Positions 1 to 8,585 of a DNA stretch of 64,000 nt are shown here, piece by piece (position 1 is the first letter of the stretch; each line of letters begins with the position of its first letter). The notes under the pieces were generated by a model. The model was not told the origin of the DNA. It ran no database searches and was given only the letters and a program-made list of their open reading frames with translations. A program made the position numbers and the translations under genes. The stretch covers positions 203,791 to 267,790 of the forward strand of contig CAVUJW010000013.1 in the NCBI GenBank assembly GCA_963741915.1, given 5' to 3'. Source of the DNA: an uncultured Chloroflexia bacterium (GTDB lineage: Bacteria > Chloroflexota > Limnocylindria > Limnocylindrales > CSP1-4).

Positions 1-1219
1 GCTTCACGATCGAGCCCTCCGGCGCCAGGCTGCCCTTGAGGATCGCGTGGCCGCCGGTCTCCTTGATCGGTGACTCGATCGGGTGGACCACCTGCTGGCC
101 CGGTGTCTCCACCACGTCGGCCGCGATCCGGGCGATCGTCCGGCCGTCGACGGTTCGCTCGTCGCCGTGGAGCAGCCCCCGCTTGAGCAGCTCGCGCATG
201 ACCAGCGCCACGCCCCCGGCGTCGTGCATGTCGGCCGCGGCATAGCGGCCGCCCGGGCGCATGTCGGCGAGCAGCGGCGTCCGGTCGACGACCGCGGCGA
301 AGTCGTCCAGCGTCAGGGGGATGCCGAACTCGGCGGCGATCGCGGGCAGGTGGAGCGCGGCGTTGGTGCTGCCGCCGGTGGCCGACACCGACGCGATCGC
401 GTTCTCCAGCGAGCCCTGGGTCACCACCTGGCGCGGCCGGATGTCGTGATGGACGAGCGTCATTACCAGCTCGCCTGCCCGACGCGCCGCCTGCTCCTTG
501 GCGGGATCCTCGGCGGGGATGCCGTTGAGGCCGGCCGGCGACAGGCCCATGAACTCGAGCACAGTGGACATCGTGTTGGCCGTGAACTGGCCACCGCAGG
601 CCCCGGCGCCCGGACAGGCCCCGTTCTCGGCGTCGTACAGCTCCTCGAGCGTGATCTTGCCGGCGCGGTAGGCCCCGATGGCCTCGAACACCGTGACCAC
701 GTCGGCCGGCTTGCCCTTGTAGGTGCCCGGATAGATGGTGCCGTTGTAGAGGATGAGCCCCGGGATGTCGAGGCGGCCGAGCGCCATCGCCCCCGCCGGG
801 ATCGTCTTGTCGCAGCCCACCAGGCACACCAGGCCGTCGAACAGGTGGCCTCGGGCGACGAGCTCGATCGAGTCGGCGATGACCTCGCGGCTGACCAGCG
901 AGGCCTTCATGCCCTCGCTGCCCATCGAAACGCCGTCGGAGATCGCGATCGTGTTGAACTCCATGGGCGTGCCGCCGGCCGCCCGGATGCCCTCCTTGAC
1001 GAGCTCGGCCAGCCGTCGCTGGTTCAGGTTGCAGGGCATGGTCTCGATCCACGACGTGGCCACGCCGACGATCGGCTGGGCGAGGTCGTCGTCGGTGAAG
1101 CCGACCGCCTTGAGCATCGCCCGCGCGGCGGCTCGATCCGGGCCGTCGGTCAGGGCATGGCTGTGGCGCTTGCCGGGGTCGGTGGGACGACCGTAGGGAA
1201 GCTGGCGGTCGGCAGGCAT
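1..1219 (-). CDS. ilvD: dihydroxy-acid dehydratase, N-terminal ~406 aa (3' end lies beyond the window start)
   Basis: Own translation of the minus strand from ATG at 1219: MPADRQLPYGRPTDPGKRHSHALTDGPDRAAARAMLKAVGF...LVGCDKTIPAGAMALGRLDIPG...CPGAGACGGQFTANTM...SATGGSTNAALHLPAIA. Absent from the ORF track only because it has no stop in the window. The + ORFs 83..1594 and 753..1196 are its shadows. Confidence 0.92.
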   Translation of the reverse strand, partial: MPADRQLPYGRPTDPGKRHSHALTDGPDRAAARAMLKAVGFTDDDLAQPIVGVATSWIETMPCNLNQRRLAELVKEGIRAAGGTPMEFNTIAISDGVSMGSEGMKASLVSREVIADSIELVARGHLFDGLVCLVGCDKTIPAGAMALGRLDIPGLILYNGTIYPGTYKGKPADVVTVFEAIGAYRAGKITLEELYDAENGACPGAGACGGQFTANTMSTVLEFMGLSPAGLNGIPAEDPAKEQAARRAGELVMTLVHHDIRPRQVVTQGSLENAIASVSATGGSTNAALHLPAIAAEFGIPLTLDDFAAVVDRTPLLADMRPGGRYAAADMHDAGGVALVMRELLKRGLLHGDERTVDGRTIARIAADVVETPGQQVVHPIESPIKETGGHAILKGSLAPEGSIVK

Positions 1220-1338
1220 GAGGTCCTCGCGGGCGCGATGGGGCGTTGGTCAGGCTCCAAGTATGGCCCGCGCCGTCGGCATCCTGCCGTGCGTCGCGCC
1301 TCGTTGCCCGAGACCGCGGGCGGGCTCATCCCTCGGCC

Positions 1339-2988
1339 TCATCCCTCCGAGCGGAGCCGCGCCTCGACGATCGCCTCGGCCGCGGCCGTGCTGGGGGAGT
1401 GGCCCGACACGGCGTCCACGAACGTCTCGCAGTCGACCGACCACGCGCGGACGGGCTCGAGCGCGGTCACGGTCGCGGTCCTCGGCATCTCGCGCAGCAG
1501 CGCGATCTCGCCGATCCCGTCGCCCGGACCCTGCCGGTGCCGGAACCGGCCGTCGATCTCGACCTCCACCGTTCCCGAGTCGATGACGAGGTAGGTGTCG
1601 CCCGGCTCGCCCTGCGTCATCAGCGCCTCGCCGGTCGCGAAGCCGACCTGATGCATCCCACCGGCCACCCGCTCGAGGGCCGTCAGCGGGAGGCTGGCGA
1701 ACAGGGGGATCCCGCGCAGCAGCGTCGCCTGGCGCTCCGGGACCACCCCCTCCGCGTCCAGCCGCCGGACCAGCGGCCAGCCGATCGCGGCCGCGAGCGG
1801 CAGCACGAGGCCGGCGAGGACGAGGGCAGCGTGGATTCCGAAGCCGGTGATCAGCGCCGAGCCGAGCAATCCGCCGATCGACGTCCCCAGGCTGGCGGCC
1901 ACCTCGAGCGTCGCGAACACGGCGGCACGCGCCCGGTTCGTCGTCCCGCGCTGGAGCAGGGTGAAGCCGGCCACGTCGATCAGGGCGTTCCCGACGCCCA
2001 CCACGGCCAGCGCCAGCAGCGCCGCGACGGTGCCCGGCACGACGCCCATGACGGCGATCGGGGCGCCCCAGGCGACCAGGGCGAACGCGAACAGCGGGGC
2101 GAGCCGGCGCCGCCGTCCGACGGCCAGCGCTCCCAGGGCTCCGGCGATCCCGCCCAGCCCCATCGCGGCACCCAGCAGCCCCACGCCGGCGTCGCCCAGC
2201 CCCAGCACCTCGATGGCGAGGATGGCGAGAAACGTCGTCAGCGCGCCCCGCACGATCGTCTGGACGATGAACGACACGAGGACGGCGCCCGCCGGCCGGT
2301 GGGCCGCGAGCTCCCGGATCCCGGCGACCAGCGGCAGCCCGCGCGGTTGGTCGGTGCGCCGCAAACGGGCCGCGTCCGGAACCCGGACCGCGAGCACGAT
2401 CGCCGCGGCGGCGAGGCAGGCCAGCGCCGCGAGGACCGCCGCGGGCGCGGCACCCGCACCGGCGACGACGAGCCCCGCGACCAGCGGCCCGACGGTGGTG
2501 CCGAGGCTTTCGCCGAGGGCCCCGGCGGTGTTGGCGCCCACGAGCTGGGCGGGCGTGACGGCGACCGCGGGCAGCAGGGCGAGGGTCGTCGGTCGCACCG
2601 GCGCCCAGGCCGCGGCGGCGATGCCCACGGCAACCAGCACCAGCGCAGGCTGGCCGACCAGCACGCCGGCCGCGATCGTGGCGGCCGCCGCGGCGCGCAC
2701 GAGGCTGACCGCGACCAGCGCCCGCTCGGGCCTCGCCAGGGCCCCCGTGTCGACGAGCACGTTGGTGGCCGTGGCCGGGATCATCCGGATCAGCGACACG
2801 AGCCCGACGGCCAGCGGGCCGCCGGCGGCGTAGGCGACGACCAGCGCGACGACCAGCAGCGCCCAGTCCGCGGCCACGCCCAGGGTCCAGGCCAGCTCGA
2901 GCGACCGGATGTCGCGATTGCCGAGCACGTCGAGCAGCGATTGCGCTGCCGCTCGCGCCGGCGATGGACGGGACGCAGCCGGCGTCAC
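1339..2988 (-). CDS. MFS-type transporter fused to a C-terminal cyclic-nucleotide-binding (cNMP/CAP-like) domain
   Basis: 549 aa ORF. The first ~410 aa are Ala/Gly/Leu/Val-rich multi-TM segments typical of MFS. The last ~125 aa (GIPLFASLPLTALERVAGGMHQVGFATGEALMTQGEPGDTYLVIDSGTVEV...GEIALLREMPRTATVTALEPV) match the cNMP-binding beta-roll pattern. Confidence 0.75.
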   Translation of the reverse strand: MTPAASRPSPARAAAQSLLDVLGNRDIRSLELAWTLGVAADWALLVVALVVAYAAGGPLAVGLVSLIRMIPATATNVLVDTGALARPERALVAVSLVRAAAAATIAAGVLVGQPALVLVAVGIAAAAWAPVRPTTLALLPAVAVTPAQLVGANTAGALGESLGTTVGPLVAGLVVAGAGAAPAAVLAALACLAAAAIVLAVRVPDAARLRRTDQPRGLPLVAGIRELAAHRPAGAVLVSFIVQTIVRGALTTFLAILAIEVLGLGDAGVGLLGAAMGLGGIAGALGALAVGRRRRLAPLFAFALVAWGAPIAVMGVVPGTVAALLALAVVGVGNALIDVAGFTLLQRGTTNRARAAVFATLEVAASLGTSIGGLLGSALITGFGIHAALVLAGLVLPLAAAIGWPLVRRLDAEGVVPERQATLLRGIPLFASLPLTALERVAGGMHQVGFATGEALMTQGEPGDTYLVIDSGTVEVEIDGRFRHRQGPGDGIGEIALLREMPRTATVTALEPVRAWSVDCETFVDAVSGHSPSTAAAEAIVEARLRSEG

Positions 2989-2989
2989 G

Positions 2990-4705
2990 CTAGCGGCCGG
3001 TCACGACGATCCATGCCTGGACCTCGTCCCGCAGCGCCGCCAGCGGGATGGCACCGTTGCCCAGGACCAGGTCATGGAAGGCCCGGATGTCGAACGCGCC
3101 GCCCAGCCGCGCCATGGCCTGGCCGCGCAGGCGCAGCAGCTCCAGCTGGCCCATCTTGTAGGCGAGCGCCTGGCCGGGCATGACGATGTAGCGGTCGATC
3201 TCGTTGGCGATGTTGTTGCCCGCCAGCGCGGTGTGCTCGTGCATGAACGCGAGCGCCCGGTCCCGCGACCACCCGAGGGCGTGCATGCCGGTGTCCACGA
3301 CCAGCCGCGCAGCGCGCCATGCGTCGAAGGACAGGACCCCGATGCGGTCGAGATCGCCGGTGTACAGCCCCATCTCGTCGGCCAGCCGCTCGGCGTAGAG
3401 GCCCCAGCCCTCGACGAAGGCCGTCGACCCGAGATGGCGCTGGAAGTCGGGCAGCTGCGGCAGCTCCTGGGCGATCGTGATCTGGAGGTGGTGGCCGGGC
3501 ACGGCCTCGTGGTAGGCGAGCGCCTCCGCCTCGTACCGCGGCCGAGTATGGGGCTCCGCCGTGTTGATGAAGTACTGCCCGGGTCGGGAGCCATCGACCG
3601 ACGGCTGGCGGTAGTAGGCGATGGTCGAGTGGGCCTCCTCGTGGGCACCCATGCGGACCACCACGCAGCCGGCCCGCGGCAGCCGCCCGAACCAGTCGGG
3701 GATTGCCGCGTTGGCCCGTTCGAGCGCGGTCGTCGCCTGCCGGAACACCTCGTCCCGGGTGGTGAACGACAGGGCCGGGTCGGCGCGCAGCCTCGTGAGC
3801 GCGTCGGGCAGGGAGGTCGTGCCGATCGTGCGGCGAGCCAGGGCGTCCAGCTCGCCGTCGATCCGGGCGATCTCGTCCAGGCCGATCCGGTGGAGCGCCC
3901 CCGGGTCCAGGTCGAGGGATGTATGCGCGCGGACCAGCGCGCCGTAGCCGTCGAGGCCACCCGGCACCTCGGCCATGCCCGGCCGGTCCGGTGCCCGGGC
4001 AAGGGGCAGGATCTCGCCTCCGAGAGCTGCGTGCAGCCGGAAGAACGCGGGCCGGACATCGTCGCGCACGGCGGCCCGGAGGGCATCGGCGAACCGCTCG
4101 CGATCGGCGGTGGACCAGCCCGCCGCGCGATCCAGGGTCGCGAGCGGTGCGAGCAACGGCCATGCCTCGTCGGGCAAGGCCAGCAGCCCCGCCAGCCCGG
4201 CGACCGCTCGCTCGACAGGCGCGCGGCACGCGACGCGTCCCGCGGACCGGCTGCGGCGCAGGTTCGCGATATGGGCATCGGTGAGCTCGGCCATCGCCCG
4301 CCAGCGCGCCACCATTCGTCGCCCGTCGCCCGGGGTCTCGAGGCGCTGGTAGTCGGGCACCAGGAGCAGTCCCGCGGGCACGCCCTCGACCGGATCGACG
4401 TTCCAGTCGCCGAGGCCGGTGTCGAGCGTCGCGAGGTCCGAGGCCAGGACCTCGCGCAGGGCGAGCCGCGTCATCCGATGGCGCTCGTCCAGCCCATCGG
4501 CAGGGAGCGCGTCCAGCCGTCGTGCCTGGCGGGTCAGCGTTCGGTGCCTGGCCTCAGTGCCCGAAGGAGACGGGTCGGGCAGGCGGTCGTCGAAGCGCCG
4601 GTCGCCGATCGAGGTGGCGAACAACGGCTCGGCCTCGAGGAACGACGCCCAGTAGTCGGCCGCCAGGCCGTCGATCGCGGCATTGCCGTCGATCTGCTGC
4701 TGCAT
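2990..4705 (-). CDS. DUF885 family protein (putative metallopeptidase-like)
   Basis: 571 aa ORF with high GC3. It has the characteristic C-terminal block ...EAEALAYHEAVPGHHLQITIAQEL...FVEGWGLYAERLADEMG...RAARLVVDTGMH... seen in DUF885 proteins. Confidence 0.8.
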   Translation of the reverse strand: MQQQIDGNAAIDGLAADYWASFLEAEPLFATSIGDRRFDDRLPDPSPSGTEARHRTLTRQARRLDALPADGLDERHRMTRLALREVLASDLATLDTGLGDWNVDPVEGVPAGLLLVPDYQRLETPGDGRRMVARWRAMAELTDAHIANLRRSRSAGRVACRAPVERAVAGLAGLLALPDEAWPLLAPLATLDRAAGWSTADRERFADALRAAVRDDVRPAFFRLHAALGGEILPLARAPDRPGMAEVPGGLDGYGALVRAHTSLDLDPGALHRIGLDEIARIDGELDALARRTIGTTSLPDALTRLRADPALSFTTRDEVFRQATTALERANAAIPDWFGRLPRAGCVVVRMGAHEEAHSTIAYYRQPSVDGSRPGQYFINTAEPHTRPRYEAEALAYHEAVPGHHLQITIAQELPQLPDFQRHLGSTAFVEGWGLYAERLADEMGLYTGDLDRIGVLSFDAWRAARLVVDTGMHALGWSRDRALAFMHEHTALAGNNIANEIDRYIVMPGQALAYKMGQLELLRLRGQAMARLGGAFDIRAFHDLVLGNGAIPLAALRDEVQAWIVVTGR

Positions 4706-4739
4706 CGGCCCATGCTATCGGCGCCCGCCAGCGGTGACC

Positions 4740-5915
4740 TCAGCGGATGCAGCCGCCTACGTCCACCGCACGGGTGCGCCCGATCGCGTGCCCGATCCGC
4801 GCCTCGACCGCCGTCGGGCTGATGGCGTAGCCGACGTTCGGGTCCGCGCGGGACTCGGCGAACACCAGGCCGCCGACGGTGCCGTCGGCGAGGATCAGCG
4901 GCCCGCCCAAATCGCCGGGTTCGATCGCCGCGCGCAGCTCGAGGATCTGGCGGGTCACCAGCGCGTGGTCGTAGATGTCCCGCCCCGTGGCCTGGTAGGA
5001 GCCGGCGACCGCGGCCGGCAGTACCACCAGCGGACCGCCTCCCGCGTAGCCGAGGGTGGCGCCGGTCGTGCCGCGGTCCGGCACCGTCGAGGCGAACGCG
5101 AGCGGCGTCCCGCGCAATGACGGCGCGTACAGGAGCGCGACATCGAGGTCCGGATCGAACAGCACGGGGACGCCGTCGGCCAGCCCCGAGCCGAGCGCCA
5201 CCCGTATGGTCGACGCGCCGGCGACGACGTGGGCGTTGGTGACGAGATAGCCGGGCGCGACGAGCACCGCTGTGCCGGTGACCTGGGTGGTGCAGGCACG
5301 GGTCGTCACCCGGCCCGTGCCCGCCAGCGCCGGAGCCGCGATCCGCTGGGCCTCGCGCCTGGTGGGCGTGTCGACCGCGGGCAGCGGCAGCGGGTCGAGG
5401 CCGACGAACACGTCCGGCAGGCCCGACGCATCGAGGACGCCGGCGATCTGGCCGATGACCTGGACCGGCGACGGCAGAAGCTGGTCCATTCCCCGCACGA
5501 CCACGGACTGGGTCGCCGCTCGACCGAGCGTCGGGAACGGGCCGGCCGCGAGCAGGCCGCCCGCCAGCCAGATGATCAGGATGGCCTGCGCCCCGCCCAG
5601 CACGCCCCCCGCGAGACGGTCCATGCCCGACAGCACGCCCTGGCGCAGCCGGCCGGCCGCGGCCCGTCCGGCGGTCGAGCCGATGGCCTCGCAGATCACG
5701 ACCGAGCCGAGCACCGCGCCCAGCACCACGAGCGCCCGCGGGATCGGCTCGAGGCCGCGGGTGACGTCGAGCATCCAGGGCGCGATGGCCAGGATCAGCC
5801 CGATGCCCGTCAGCGCGCCGGCGATGCCGCCCACCTGCGGCAGCGCGCCGGTCCTGATGCCGGCCAGGATCGCGGCCGCGAGCACGACCACGGCACCGAC
5901 GTCGAACAGGTTCAC
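4740..5915 (-). CDS. CvpA-family membrane domain fused to a trypsin-like (S1) serine protease, MarP-like
   Basis: 391 aa. The N-terminus (MNLFDVGAVVVLAAAILAGIRTGALPQVGG..., 4 TM) resembles colicin V production protein CvpA. The C-terminal half (GTAVLVAPGYLVTNAHVVAG...DVALLYAP...GDLGGPLI) carries a His/Asp/Ser-type chymotrypsin-fold pattern, but the residue in the GDxGGP position is L, not S. Confidence 0.72.
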   Translation of the reverse strand: MNLFDVGAVVVLAAAILAGIRTGALPQVGGIAGALTGIGLILAIAPWMLDVTRGLEPIPRALVVLGAVLGSVVICEAIGSTAGRAAAGRLRQGVLSGMDRLAGGVLGGAQAILIIWLAGGLLAAGPFPTLGRAATQSVVVRGMDQLLPSPVQVIGQIAGVLDASGLPDVFVGLDPLPLPAVDTPTRREAQRIAAPALAGTGRVTTRACTTQVTGTAVLVAPGYLVTNAHVVAGASTIRVALGSGLADGVPVLFDPDLDVALLYAPSLRGTPLAFASTVPDRGTTGATLGYAGGGPLVVLPAAVAGSYQATGRDIYDHALVTRQILELRAAIEPGDLGGPLILADGTVGGLVFAESRADPNVGYAISPTAVEARIGHAIGRTRAVDVGGCIR

Positions 5916-5955
5916 CGGGGGAGTATCGGGGAGGGCGACGATGCCTGCCGCCGGG

Positions 5956-6210
5956 TCAGCAGGGGATCGTGACCGTGACCGGCGCGGCCTCTTCGTATGC
6001 CGCCACCGTGTAGTCGCCCAGCGCCAGTGTGCCCAGGTCCACGATCGTTGCCTTGTACTGGGCGATGTCGCTGCACGCCACGTCGCGGGCGGCGCTGCCC
6101 TCGCGGACGGTCAGGTTGAACGTGGCCCCGTCGCGGACGACGTCGACGCCGGACGGCACGGTGCACGGTGCGACGCCGCTCCACCAGGCGACGCGGACCG
6201 CCAGCCGCAT
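5956..6210 (-). CDS. hypothetical small protein (84 aa)
   Basis: This is the last 84 codons of the artefactual 826-aa ORF 5956..8436. They run from ATG 6210 with high GC3: MRLAVRVAWWSGVAPCTVPSGVDVVRDGATFNLTVREG...DYTVAAYEEAAPVTVTIPC. It lies between leuD and the MarP-like gene. No family was recognised. Confidence 0.35.
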   Translation of the reverse strand: MRLAVRVAWWSGVAPCTVPSGVDVVRDGATFNLTVREGSAARDVACSDIAQYKATIVDLGTLALGDYTVAAYEEAAPVTVTIPC

Positions 6211-6244
6211 GCCTTCGACCGCCGGGTCGAGGGCCGTGGGGGCG

Positions 6245-6877
6245 TCAGCCGCCGGCTGGCGCGCCGAGCCGCGTGTCCACCCGCGGCGGATGGGCGGTCT
6301 CCCAGGCATCGATCGCCTCGCCGCGCGCCAGGACGTAGCCGATCTCGTCGGTGCCCGCGAGCAGCATCGCCTTGGCGAAGGGATCGATCTCGAAGTCGAT
6401 CGTCGAGCCGTCCGGCAGCAGGATGCCCTGCTCGGCCAGGTCGACCCGCAGCTGGGCGTCGGGGTCCACGGCGACGAGGTCGAACAGGCGGCGGTGCGTG
6501 TCCGGGTCCACGACGATCGGGAGCACGCTGTTCTTGAGCGCGTTGCTCCGGAAGATGTCCGCGAACGAGGTGGACAGGATCGCCTCGATGCCCCACGCGC
6601 GGAGCGCCCAGGGTGCGTGCTCGCGCGAGCTCCCGGTGCCGAAGTTGTCCCCCGCGAGCAGGATCCGGCGGCCCGCCATGCCCGGCCGGTCGAGCACGAA
6701 TGGCGGGTCCTTGGGGGAGCCGTCCTCCTCGAACCGCCAGTCGCGGAACAGCGCGTCGGCAAGCCCAGCCTTGTCGGTGACCTTGAGGTAGCGGGCCGGC
6801 ACGACCTGGTCCGTGTCCACGTTCTCGGCGGCGAGCGGCACGACCTTGGAGCTGAAGCTGCGGAACCCCTCGGCCAT
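6245..6877 (-). CDS. leuD: 3-isopropylmalate dehydratase small subunit
   Basis: 210 aa, MAEGFRSFSSKVVPLAAENVDTDQVVPARYLK...GDNFGTGSSREHAPWAL. It sits immediately downstream of leuC with a 1-nt gap. Confidence 0.95.
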   Translation of the reverse strand: MAEGFRSFSSKVVPLAAENVDTDQVVPARYLKVTDKAGLADALFRDWRFEEDGSPKDPPFVLDRPGMAGRRILLAGDNFGTGSSREHAPWALRAWGIEAILSTSFADIFRSNALKNSVLPIVVDPDTHRRLFDLVAVDPDAQLRVDLAEQGILLPDGSTIDFEIDPFAKAMLLAGTDEIGYVLARGEAIDAWETAHPPRVDTRLGAPAGG

Positions 6878-6878
6878 C

Positions 6879-8321
6879 TCAGTAGCCTCCGCCCACCGTG
6901 GCCGGCGCCTCGATGCCCTGGAGGGTCCGGGGATCGGTGACCACGCCCTTGACGGCCGTCGCCGCCGCGGTCAGGGGCGAGGCCAGGAACGTCCGGCCAC
7001 CCTTGCCCTGGCGACCCTCGAAGTTGCGGTTCGAGGTGCTCACCGCGTACTGGCCGGGCGCCAGCTGGTCGCCGTTCATGGCGATGCACATCGAGCACCC
7101 GGACTCCCGCCATTCGGCGCCCGCCGCACGGAAGATCTCGTGCAGGCCCTCGCGCTCGGCCTGCGCCTTCACCTGCTGCGAGCCCGGCACGACCATCAGC
7201 CTGACGCCGTCGGCGGCCCGCCGGCCCTTGAGCACGCTGGCCGCCAGGCGCAGGTCGCTGATCCGGCTGTTGGTGCACGACCCGATGAACACCACGTCCA
7301 CCGGCTGGCCGGCGATCGCCTGCCCCGGCTGGAGGCCCATGTACTCGAGCGCCCGCTCGGTCGCGCGCCGCGACGCCGGGTCCTCGACCTCGTCGGGGCG
7401 CGGGATGCGGCCGGAGACCGGGATGCCCATGCCGGGGTTGGTCCCCCAGGTGACCATCGGTTCCAGGGCGGCGGCGTCGAGCACGATCGAGCGGTCGAAG
7501 CGGGCGCCGTCGTCGGTCGGCAGGCTCCGCCAGCGGGCAACGGCGGCATCCCAGGCCGCACCCTGCGGCGCGTGCCGCCGGCCATGCAGGTAATCGAACG
7601 TCGTGTCGTCGGGCGCAACCAGCCCGGCCCGGGCACCACCCTCGATGCTCATGTTGCAGATCGTCATCCGCTGCTCCATCGACAGCGCGCGGATGGCGTC
7701 GCCGCGATACTCGAACACGTGACCGGTGCCGCCCCCGATGCCGATCCGCGCGATCAGGGCGAGGATCACGTCCTTGGCGCTCACGCCCGGCCGCAGCCGT
7801 CCATCGACGCGGACCTCGTACGTCCGCGGCTGGCGCTGGAGCAGGGTCTGGGTCGCGAGAACCATCTCGACCTCGCTGGTCCCGATGCCGAAGGCCAGCG
7901 CCCCGAACGCGCCATGCGTCGCGGTATGGGAGTCGCCGCACACGATCGTCATCCCCGGCTGAGTGAGGCCGAGCTCGGGGCCGATCACGTGCACGATCCC
8001 CTGGGTGTCGCTTCCGAACGCATGGATCGGGATCCCGAACTCCCGGCAGTTGGCCTCCAGCTGGGCGACCTGGGCGGCCGCCTGGAGGTCGATCATCGGC
8101 AGCCCGCGCGGCGTGGTGGGTGTCGAATGGTCGGCCGTCGCGACGGTCTTGTCCGGCCGGCGGACCGCCAGGCCCCGCTGGCGAAGGCCGGTGAAGGCCT
8201 GCGGGCTGGTCACCTCGTGGACGAGGTGGAGGTCGACCGCGAGGATGGCGGGCGCGCCCGGCGCCTCGGTGACGACGTGCTCGTCCCAGATCTTCTGGAC
8301 GAGGGTGCGGGGACTGCTCAT
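6879..8321 (-). CDS. leuC: 3-isopropylmalate dehydratase large subunit
   Basis: 480 aa, [17 protein letters not shown]...[23 protein letters not shown]...[12 protein letters not shown]...[10 protein letters not shown]. These are aconitase-family Fe-S ligand motifs. Confidence 0.95.
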   Translation of the reverse strand: MSSPRTLVQKIWDEHVVTEAPGAPAILAVDLHLVHEVTSPQAFTGLRQRGLAVRRPDKTVATADHSTPTTPRGLPMIDLQAAAQVAQLEANCREFGIPIHAFGSDTQGIVHVIGPELGLTQPGMTIVCGDSHTATHGAFGALAFGIGTSEVEMVLATQTLLQRQPRTYEVRVDGRLRPGVSAKDVILALIARIGIGGGTGHVFEYRGDAIRALSMEQRMTICNMSIEGGARAGLVAPDDTTFDYLHGRRHAPQGAAWDAAVARWRSLPTDDGARFDRSIVLDAAALEPMVTWGTNPGMGIPVSGRIPRPDEVEDPASRRATERALEYMGLQPGQAIAGQPVDVVFIGSCTNSRISDLRLAASVLKGRRAADGVRLMVVPGSQQVKAQAEREGLHEIFRAAGAEWRESGCSMCIAMNGDQLAPGQYAVSTSNRNFEGRQGKGGRTFLASPLTAAATAVKGVVTDPRTLQGIEAPATVGGGY

Positions 8322-8585
8322 GCGGCGGATCTGCCCTGCTCATGCGCTGCGCTGCGGTGCGGGCGACAAGGGTACCAGCGACCCCGACGCGCACGTCGCA
8401 GCCGATCCGGGGCGCGGGCCGTGCCCGGCGCTCCACGCGACCCCGGGTGAGCGGTTAGTACCTTTGGGGTGTGGTTGGCTGGGTACCGATGGGGTACAAC
8501 GCCCCTCGACGGGGTGCCCGCATCGTCGGGGCCCCTCCGGCGATCCCCTGGTCGTCGGTCGCTCGGAGACCTGGATGATCGAGGG

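Noticed and set aside
83-3183. Long + strand ORFs 83..1594 (503 aa), 753..1196, 1218..1586 and 1246..3183 (645 aa)
   Set aside because: They are Arg/Gly/Asp/Pro-rich low-complexity translations lying antisense to clearly conserved ilvD and the MFS gene. These are typical high-GC shadow ORFs.
5956-8436. 826-aa minus-strand ORF spanning leuD and leuC
   Set aside because: It is out of frame with the conserved LeuC and LeuD proteins and is Arg/Pro-rich. Only its last 84 codons (5956..6210), downstream of leuD, look like real coding sequence.
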